This document shows positions 57,332 through 64,000 of a stretch of 64,000 nucleotides of DNA, one piece after another. A program made the translations under genes and the position numbers. Source of the DNA: Candidatus Omnitrophota bacterium. Its GTDB lineage: Bacteria > Omnitrophota > Gorgyraeia > Zapsychrales > JANLHA01. A model generated the notes under the pieces. The model saw nothing but the letters and a program-made list of their open reading frames with translations, was not told the DNA's origin and made no database searches. The DNA lies in assembly GCA_029560465.1 (NCBI GenBank), contig JAKQKX010000063.1, positions 3,796 to 67,795 on the forward strand, in the 5' to 3' direction. Within the stretch, counting starts at the first letter, position 1, and every line of letters begins with the position of its first letter.

Positions 57332-57556
57332 TCTTGGGGGCACAAAAAATAAGGACGATCAGTACTGGATCGTCCTTATAAGGTGATAGGCCTTCAGACG
57401 CTTTCGCTATCATCCAACCTCCATACCATATACAACTAAATTATGCACCATGGGAACGCATTTTTCAAGAGTAATTTTAAAAATAATTTTTCCAAAATTA
57501 TAGAATGAGTGTTGCATTCTAAGACGGCTTGACATAAGATAAAAAATGATATTTAA

Positions 57557-58108
57557 GTGATTTATTCGCAAGGTCATAGAATGAAACAGAAAAAGTCAGG
57601 TTCTCCTTCACAAACGCCCCGCGTTCAATTGAAGCTTGGGATTTTTTTTGTTTTTTTGGCTTTCCTGGGTTTGGGTGTTGTTGTTGTGCTCATTCTCGGG
57701 AAGATGAGCGTCCGGGATGAAGAATTAGCGCTTCTTAAGGCTCAGGTGAGCCTGTCCGAGGAAACGAAAGCCGAGGTTGAAGAGACGAATATGGCGCTTC
57801 TAAACGCCTTGGGCGCGGAAGTATCGGTGTCCCGGGTGGTTCAGGCGGCTGATAAAGTCTACGATGCGAAAGTCAAGAATACGAAGGATGGTTATCTGTG
57901 GGTGGACCGGGCATCCGCCACTTGGGTTGTGACGTTAGGCGCTTTGAACGGGTTATCAGAAGGGAACCGGCTTTCTGTGTTTGACGGCAATGAAAAGATT
58001 GACACGGTGGAGGTGTCGATGGCGATGGACGTCATTTCTTATGTTCTCCCAACGGAACGATTAAAGAATCAATATAACGCGGATTATTTTCGTGTCGTCA
58101 AGGAATGA
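57557..58108 (+). CDS. Membrane-anchored hypothetical protein
   Basis: One N-terminal TM helix (LGIFFVFLAFLGLGVVVVLILG), then a soluble domain. Confidence 0.45.
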   Translation: MIYSQGHRMKQKKSGSPSQTPRVQLKLGIFFVFLAFLGLGVVVVLILGKMSVRDEELALLKAQVSLSEETKAEVEETNMALLNALGAEVSVSRVVQAADKVYDAKVKNTKDGYLWVDRASATWVVTLGALNGLSEGNRLSVFDGNEKIDTVEVSMAMDVISYVLPTERLKNQYNADYFRVVKE

Positions 58109-58604
58109 GGTTCGTGTGTCGGGTTTTTTAGACCAGTTTCGAAAGACCATTGTCCAATCTGTGTGGAAGGACACGCCTGACATTCCCTCGCGGATTGAGC
58201 TTGACGATAAGATCGCGTTGGGCGTGCTTTTGTGGGTTGTGGCGGAAGAGGACAAAACGTTTTTGCCGGAAGAAGAGTCTGCGATCAAAGAAATCCTGGA
58301 AACGCAGGGAGGGGTTACGCCCGAAGTCATGCCTGTCGTTCTTGGCGCTATCAAGCTGGCGGCCCGGGAGAGAATAGACCTATTCACTTTCACCCGGGAA
58401 GTCAGCCAGGATTTGCCTTACGCGGCCAAGAAAGAGATTGTCGAGAATTTATTCCGGGTGGCCTGCGCGGACGGGGACTTGGCTCATGAAGAGCAGGGCG
58501 TGATTCGTAAGATTGCCGGCCTTTGCGGGGTTGACCACAAGGATTTTATTGCGGCTAAATTAAGAATCAAAAAAGAATTCGGCCTGGACACATTCGGTTT
58601 TTGA
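58092..58604 (+). CDS. TerB-like (tellurite resistance TerB / DjlA-N) domain protein
   Basis: ALGVLLWVVAEEDKTFLPEEESAIKEIL... and LFRVACADGDLAHEEQGVIRKIA follow the TerB two-repeat amphipathic pattern. Confidence 0.55.
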   Translation: MSSRNEVRVSGFLDQFRKTIVQSVWKDTPDIPSRIELDDKIALGVLLWVVAEEDKTFLPEEESAIKEILETQGGVTPEVMPVVLGAIKLAARERIDLFTFTREVSQDLPYAAKKEIVENLFRVACADGDLAHEEQGVIRKIAGLCGVDHKDFIAAKLRIKKEFGLDTFGF

Positions 58605-58820
58605 GCGGGACGTTGTCGATTCCGCGTTTCAGGCCGGGTGTTTTTTAGATTCCCGAGATTTAAAACACGCAGGGGTTTTGGCGTGGTATAAATATAAAAA
58701 AAAGGTTTTGAATTTTTTATATTAAAGATATATAATTGGCGCGGAATTTGAAAAAGGGATAAAAGGCTGCATTCATAACTAATTATATCCCTTAAGTTTT
58801 CTTACCACGAAGGAGGGCGT

Positions 58821-59087
58821 ATGAAGATTACCGACGTTCGTGAATTGCTGAAAAATAAACAGGTTATTGAGGAAATCAACCGGCATTTGTGGATTGAAAG
58901 CCAGAAAGCAGGTTACAGCATCGGCATTGAGAGGGCAACGGATGAATGGTTGCGGCTTTATGCCGAAGGATGGATGAAGTATCACATGCCGGAGAAATAC
59001 CAGTCGTTGCAATTAAAGAAAAAGAAAGAAGCCGAAAAGGGCGAAAAAAAGAAGTCTGGAAAGACGGGTAAAAAAAGATCTAGCTAA
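58821..59087 (+). CDS. Small hypothetical protein with Lys-rich tail
   Basis: RBS AAGGAGGG; followed by a clear terminator. Confidence 0.5.
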   Translation: MKITDVRELLKNKQVIEEINRHLWIESQKAGYSIGIERATDEWLRLYAEGWMKYHMPEKYQSLQLKKKKEAEKGEKKKSGKTGKKRSS

Positions 59088-59116
59088 TCCCCGTTCATTT
59101 TTATTTTTGAGGCATA

Positions 59117-59155
59117 CGAAAGGACAAACTCCGGTTTGTCCTTTCGTGTTTTATT
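59117..59155 (+). terminator. Rho-independent terminator
   Basis: CGAAAGGACAAAC-TCCGG-TTTGTCCTTTCG hairpin followed by TGTTTTATT. Confidence 0.75.
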
Positions 59156-59172
59156 CAGGGGGAATGTTGACG

Positions 59173-61551
59173 TCAGGACGCCCCGGGGTTCTGCTGCGGC
59201 CAGCGAGGAGAGGGAAGCCGGCCACTTTGTCTGGTGCTTAGAAAGAGCAGGAGCAGGAGGGAGACGAGGCTGACCATACTGCCTATTTTGAATGAAGCCG
59301 GGGAGAACACGAAACGGACTCTATGGTGCCCGGCGGGGAGGAAGACCGAGCGGATGAAATAATCGGTCTGGAATATTTTTGAGGGTTTCCCATTCACATA
59401 AACTTTCCAGTCGGGATGATAGGCATCGCTCAGGATAAGGAATCCGGGGGATTGCATATTAACCCCCAGGGCGACCTGATTGGCGGAATACTGGCTGATG
59501 TTAACAGCGGATCCGTCCTCTATCGGCGTGGATTTAAGCAGTTGCTGGACCGGCATAACCGGCGGATGGTTAATCACGGCGACATGCCGGGTTTGATCTT
59601 TTAGCTGTTGAAGGACGCGCAACGACTGCTCATCATCCGTCTGGAAAATCGCTTTGTGGACGATAAAAGCGCGGGGATAGGCCCGAGGCCTTTCATAGAT
59701 TTCCACTTTATCCCGGTAGACGCGTGTGTAGTTTTTTGTCACGTTTTTCAAGTGTGGGAATTTTTTTTCAAATGCCGAATCCGTTGGCTTGATGATATAA
59801 CGCACATTCAGCAAGTCGAGGATATTTTCGCTGTAAGGCAACGGGATCGCCCTTAAAGCCGGGGGCCGCAGATCGCCGCGGAAATGGTTCGGGACGAAAA
59901 GCGTGTTGACCAGGCGGACAAAACGTTTCGGAACCAGGCCGAAAAAGAACCCGAGGTCGTCGACTTCAAATCCGGAAGCGGTGTTGGGGTAGAAGGCCCA
60001 GAAGTTCCCGTAGCTTCTTACCCGTTGAGGCTGGTCCTTGATAAAGTTGATGTACGGCACCTCACCGAAGGAGCGGAATCGAAACGGCCTTTCCCGGTGA
60101 ATGTGGGAAAAGAGTTCCACGAAGAGAACCGCCAAAAGCAGCAGTCCGGTCACGGTCCGGGTCAGGATTTTTTTGTCCCGGCAGAACAAGAGGCCCTGAA
60201 AGACCACGATGAGTGAAAACGCTGCCAGGCTTGCGCGCAGCGCCTGCGGTTGTCCGTCGGGGTTTTGCAGCAGGAGGAGATGGGCGGTCACGATGCCGAT
60301 CAAGAGCAGGCTGAAAGGAATCCCTTTTAAGAATAAATTCCGGCTGTTGAGGATGCCGCGGGTCCCCATGCCGGCGCAAACGGCCAGAGAAAATGCGGCG
60401 AGAACCGGTGCGTGCGGGGCAAAGCGACAGACGCTGAATCCCGGAAGATGTCCGATCCAGTTGATGTAAGGCAGGGCGTATTGTTTGCTGATGATCAGAA
60501 AGGCCATCAGCGCAAAGAAACTATTGGCATGCTTTTTATGATTGTTGAAGAAGCTCATGAATGTCAGGGCGAAGGGCAGTAAGCCAATGTATCCGCCCCA
60601 CCATCCGGAGAACATCCATTGATAGGTGAGCGGGACCTTTTGGAAAAAATACGGGATCACGAGGCTTAGCGCGCGGGAGCGCTGTTCTTCCAAAAGAAGG
60701 CCTACTTGGGGAGGGTGCCCGTGCCAGAATTCGAACAGAAGGTTTTTAAAGAACGGGAACGTAATAAAAGCGGAGAGCCCTGCTGCTAAAAGGTACGCCA
60801 GGAGGCCATGCTTGACGGCTTGTTGGGGTGACACGGAATGCCTCAAGACAAAAACCCGGTATAGGAAGAAGCATAAACAATATACGTTAACCAAAAGGAT
60901 GTGTTCCGGGTGGCCTCCTAAAACACTCAACGTGACGGCGGCGGACAAAAGCGCCGTGTCGACCGGGCGCTTCTTGCGGAGCAAGCGTTCGATGCTCAGC
61001 AAGATGAGGGGGGTTGTGATGTCGACGTTGGTCGTCCAGTATTGGAGGGATAAAAGCGGCCCGCTGAGCATGAAGGCGACGGCGGAGCAGAGGGAAGGGA
61101 TTGTTTTGAGCCCCAGCGTGCGCATGAACCAGTACGTGAAGCATCCGGCGACAAGGAATCTGGCGAGGATCATGATGTCCCACGCGAAGAGTTCTGGGAG
61201 AAGATAGAGGATAAACATCAGCGGATAAAACATGCCGACTTCGATCATGCCGATGAGCGGATACCCGCAAGCCTGGTGGGGGTTCCAAAGAGGGAGAATG
61301 CCTTTTCGAAGGTTGCGTTTGATAAATTCATAAACGGGCTCCTCCATAACCGGGGAATCCGTTCCGTTAACGGGAATAAATTTAGGTTTGTTGTTTTCCT
61401 GGCCGTAAGCGCCGGTCGGCAAGGCCTGGGAGTTGGCGGTCGTGACTTTAAATGTTTTGTTCAGGAAGACGACATCGTAGAACGCGATCACAAGCAGGAT
61501 CGTCAGAAAAACAGGAATAAGAAGCGTCTGATTTTTCACCCGGGGAATCAT
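59173..61551 (-). CDS. YfhO-family polytopic membrane protein (putative GT-C glycosyltransferase)
   Basis: About 790 aa, over 12 TM helices; N-terminal region with conserved Pro/Trp pattern resembling YfhO. Confidence 0.7.
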   Translation of the reverse strand: MIPRVKNQTLLIPVFLTILLVIAFYDVVFLNKTFKVTTANSQALPTGAYGQENNKPKFIPVNGTDSPVMEEPVYEFIKRNLRKGILPLWNPHQACGYPLIGMIEVGMFYPLMFILYLLPELFAWDIMILARFLVAGCFTYWFMRTLGLKTIPSLCSAVAFMLSGPLLSLQYWTTNVDITTPLILLSIERLLRKKRPVDTALLSAAVTLSVLGGHPEHILLVNVYCLCFFLYRVFVLRHSVSPQQAVKHGLLAYLLAAGLSAFITFPFFKNLLFEFWHGHPPQVGLLLEEQRSRALSLVIPYFFQKVPLTYQWMFSGWWGGYIGLLPFALTFMSFFNNHKKHANSFFALMAFLIISKQYALPYINWIGHLPGFSVCRFAPHAPVLAAFSLAVCAGMGTRGILNSRNLFLKGIPFSLLLIGIVTAHLLLLQNPDGQPQALRASLAAFSLIVVFQGLLFCRDKKILTRTVTGLLLLAVLFVELFSHIHRERPFRFRSFGEVPYINFIKDQPQRVRSYGNFWAFYPNTASGFEVDDLGFFFGLVPKRFVRLVNTLFVPNHFRGDLRPPALRAIPLPYSENILDLLNVRYIIKPTDSAFEKKFPHLKNVTKNYTRVYRDKVEIYERPRAYPRAFIVHKAIFQTDDEQSLRVLQQLKDQTRHVAVINHPPVMPVQQLLKSTPIEDGSAVNISQYSANQVALGVNMQSPGFLILSDAYHPDWKVYVNGKPSKIFQTDYFIRSVFLPAGHHRVRFVFSPASFKIGSMVSLVSLLLLLFLSTRQSGRLPSPRWPQQNPGAS

Positions 61552-61666
61552 GGTCCTTATAGTATAATAATGATAGCGTTGTCAATCAAGCGGAGTTATG
61601 GAATCGTGAGGAGAAAAAGAAAACCCCCTAAGGATATCAGGGGGTTTTCAAGGGCTATAGAAAAAA

Positions 61667-61759
61667 TTACTTTCTTTTAGCAGCAGTTTTTTTCTTCGCA
61701 ACTTTCTTAACGGCTTTCTTAACTGTCTTTTTTTTGGCTGCTTTCTTTTTTACTGGCAT
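61667..61759 (-). CDS. 30-aa lysine/alanine-rich basic protein (histone H1-like tail protein), not in ORF track
   Basis: Manual translation MPVKKKAAKKKTVKKAVKKVAKKKTAAKRK; perfect RBS AGGAGAAAGG 6 nt upstream of the ATG; flanked by an extremely AT-rich region. Confidence 0.5.
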   Translation of the reverse strand: MPVKKKAAKKKTVKKAVKKVAKKKTAAKRK

Positions 61760-61998
61760 GTTCCTTTCTCCTTTCGTGAAAGAAATTTTAAATATTGTTA
61801 CTTAAATAATAACACACACATAATAAGATGCAAAAAATAATTTATATTTTTTAATAAAAATTATTTTTATAAATGTTTTATAAAAGGATAAAATTTTATT
61901 TTTATTTCATTTTTCTCGACGGGCGTCCTGTTCCGGAAGAAAGAGGCGAGATGCCGTTGCGGAGCGGATAAGTTTTTATCCAGGAAGCGATTTACAAT

Positions 61999-63117
61999 AT
62001 GCCGTCATTATATGTTCATATTCCTTTTTGTTTAAGAAAATGTTTTTATTGTTCGTTTACGGTTGCGATTTCCAAGGAACATCACGCGTCTCGCTATGTG
62101 GCCTGCATTTTGCGGGAAGCCCAGCGGTATCAGGGGGAGACCCTCGATTCTATTTATATCGGAGGCGGGACGCCGAGCATGCTGACGGAGGGCGCGTTGC
62201 GTAAACTTTTTAAAGAGCTCCCGGGGATATTCCGCTGCGCCCCTGGCCTGGAAGTAACCATTGAAGCCAACCCCGAGACTATTGATTTTGCGAAAGCGGA
62301 GCTTCTCTTTTCTTTGGGAGTGACCCGCGTGAGCCTTGGCGTGCAAACGTTTCATGAAAAATATTTGCGTTGGATGGGCCGCACCCATACAGCAGAGCAG
62401 TCTGTGCGGGCCGTGGCCGCTTTACAGTCGGCGCTGTTAACCAATATTAATTTGGACCTGATGTATTCTTTCCCCGGAGAAACCATGTCTGAACTTGAAA
62501 GTGACGTGAAACACCTGGCCGGCTTGGGCTGTGCCCATGTGTCGCTCTATGCGTTAAGCGTCGAACCTTATAGTCGTTTTTATGTCCAGGGGATTCAACC
62601 GCTACCACGGGATACCGAAGCCGCATTTTATGAAGATGTCCGGCGGAGACTCTCTCGGAGCGGCTATCGTCAGTATGAGATCAGTAATTTTTGCCGTTCC
62701 GGCAAGGAGTCGTTTCATAACAAGAATTACTGGCTTGGAGGCGATTATATCGGTCTTGGCGTGAGCGCTCATTCGCACCGTCAAGGGCGCCGGAGCTGGA
62801 ACACCGCGCAGCTGAATGCCTACATGGCGGCCATCGAGAGTGGCGCGAACCCCGAAGAAGGGCACGAAGTGTTGACGCCTGAACAACAGTTCAGGGAGGC
62901 GGTTGCTTTCGGGTTGAGGATGAATCAGGGGGTGGATGTTCAACGGTTGGAAGAACGCTACCGTATGGCTGCGCCAGAGGCGCTGGAGGCAAGGGTTCGG
63001 TCCTTTATCCATGAAGGGTGGCTGGATGAGAAAGAGGCCGGGCCAGGACGCCCGTTATGGCTGGTAACGGATCGGGGACGGCTGGTCCTGGACACATTGA
63101 TGCCCTATATTATATAA
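61999..63117 (+). CDS. hemW: Radical SAM heme chaperone HemW (HemN-like, oxygen-independent coproporphyrinogen III oxidase family)
   Basis: LYVHIPFCLRKCFYCSF (Cx3Cx2C), HemN C-terminal domain. Confidence 0.85.
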   Translation: MPSLYVHIPFCLRKCFYCSFTVAISKEHHASRYVACILREAQRYQGETLDSIYIGGGTPSMLTEGALRKLFKELPGIFRCAPGLEVTIEANPETIDFAKAELLFSLGVTRVSLGVQTFHEKYLRWMGRTHTAEQSVRAVAALQSALLTNINLDLMYSFPGETMSELESDVKHLAGLGCAHVSLYALSVEPYSRFYVQGIQPLPRDTEAAFYEDVRRRLSRSGYRQYEISNFCRSGKESFHNKNYWLGGDYIGLGVSAHSHRQGRRSWNTAQLNAYMAAIESGANPEEGHEVLTPEQQFREAVAFGLRMNQGVDVQRLEERYRMAAPEALEARVRSFIHEGWLDEKEAGPGRPLWLVTDRGRLVLDTLMPYII

Positions 63118-63131
63118 GAGAAGAGAGGGAG

Positions 63132-64000
63132 TTAGAACGGGAGCCCGTTTTGATCTGCGATAGTCCGGCTCTGGTGGAATAATTCCAGAAGGAGGCGTTG
63201 GACGTAACGGCGATATTGTTCCTTGATTTGAAGCTGTTGAAATATTTTTTCTGATTTTCGAAGGCGGGTCAGAATATGGTCCAGGCTGTAGGCCAGGCTG
63301 CCCGTTTCTATAAAAATTTTACGGACGGCCAGAAGATCCTTATGCGTTATTTTGGGCTTGGTGAATATTTCCATGAACCGAGCTTTATGTTTTCCTTGAA
63401 GCTGACTGTAAGCGTGGCACACCAGCAAGGTTTTTTTGGATTCCGCGATATCGCTCAATATGGATTTCCCGATGTTTTTTTGCGTGTCAAATACCCCTAT
63501 AATATCGTCTTGAATCTGGAACGCCTGCCCGATCAGGAGGCCGAGCTCGGCCAGAAGTTGTATGTCCTGTTCGCCGGCTCCGGCCAGGATCGCTCCCACG
63601 ACCAGGGGGCAGTCAAAAGTGTACCGGGCCGTTTTGAGTGAGTAGTTGAGAAAGACGTCCTTCTCGGAAACCTGCGGGACCGTTTTCGTCCCATGCAGGG
63701 TGTCAATGAATTCTCCCATAGCCGTGAACACGGCGGTCTGGATGAAGTATTTGAGCGCTCGTTCTTTCCGGTCCCGGTGTTCATTGATAGAGAGAAAAGC
63801 ATCGATCGCCAGGGCGTATACGATGTCCCCAACGACAATGCTCAAGTCGGTCCCTAACCGCTGGCGGTCGCTGGCCTTCGCGGCTTTTTCCATCATCTTG
63901 TGCATGGTCGGCTTGCCTCGGCGCAGATCGGAGCGGTCAATGATGTCATCGTGAATCAGCATGAAGTTGTGGAGAAGTTCGATGCAGGTTGACACATAAT
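63132..64000 (-). CDS. Polyprenyl diphosphate synthase (FPP/GGPP synthase family), C-terminal part; gene continues beyond window end
   Basis: First Asp-rich motif LIHDDIID and second GQAFQIQDDIIG. The first motif lies only ~13 residues from the listed Met, so the true start is upstream of position 64000. Confidence 0.8.
   Translation of the reverse strand, partial: YVSTCIELLHNFMLIHDDIIDRSDLRRGKPTMHKMMEKAAKASDRQRLGTDLSIVVGDIVYALAIDAFLSINEHRDRKERALKYFIQTAVFTAMGEFIDTLHGTKTVPQVSEKDVFLNYSLKTARYTFDCPLVVGAILAGAGEQDIQLLAELGLLIGQAFQIQDDIIGVFDTQKNIGKSILSDIAESKKTLLVCHAYSQLQGKHKARFMEIFTKPKITHKDLLAVRKIFIETGSLAYSLDHILTRLRKSEKIFQQLQIKEQYRRYVQRLLLELFHQSRTIADQNGLPF

Noticed and set aside
57343-57373. Perfect hairpin AAGGACGATC-AGTACT-GGATCGTCCTT after pgi as a terminator
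   Set aside because: No T-run follows on the plus strand. The T-run is on the minus strand, where no converging gene exists. Kept only as a possible attenuating stem, not called

Overview
This 64-kb window is GC-rich (roughly 55-60%) bacterial chromosome. Housekeeping genes: mutS (5' part; the gene continues past the window start), accA, rlmN, birA with a bioF-bioH-bioC-bioD/A(fused) operon, mnmA, pgi, hemW, and a polyprenyl synthase gene cut at the window end. Functional modules: a minor type IV pilin operon (three prepilin-like proteins including a PilX-N-domain giant, plus a small membrane protein), a tusA-like gene followed by a split YeeE/YedE sulfur-transport pair, two PAS-containing hybrid histidine kinases, a radical SAM/SPASM enzyme, a Zn-ADH with a class I aldolase, and a glycosylation cluster (TMTC-like GT-C protein with TPR, a GT2, two tandem paralogous polytopic membrane proteins, and a YfhO-family protein elsewhere). 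Two tRNAs (Leu-CAA, Ala-GGC) sit next to a Phd/Doc toxin-antitoxin pair. The most unusual part is a ~9.5-kb accessory segment (about 20.65-30.13 kb). It holds strongly AT-rich cassettes of apparent foreign origin. A ~200-bp element containing a 19-bp hairpin is repeated directly 5' of each AT-rich cassette. Cassette I (20.9-23.3 kb) is a protein with a C-terminal HEPN-like Rx4H motif followed by an AlbA_2/Schlafen-like protein. Cassette II (28.0-29.9 kb) is a PD-(D/E)xK-like small protein, a 4-TM mini-protein, and a HEPN-motif Abi-like protein. An AbiEi/AbiEii pair lies between the cassettes. Perfect and diverged fragments of neighbouring genes (a CDF transporter gene and a SAM methyltransferase gene) mark past duplication and recombination in this locus. 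No CRISPR array, rRNA gene or transposase gene was recognised.
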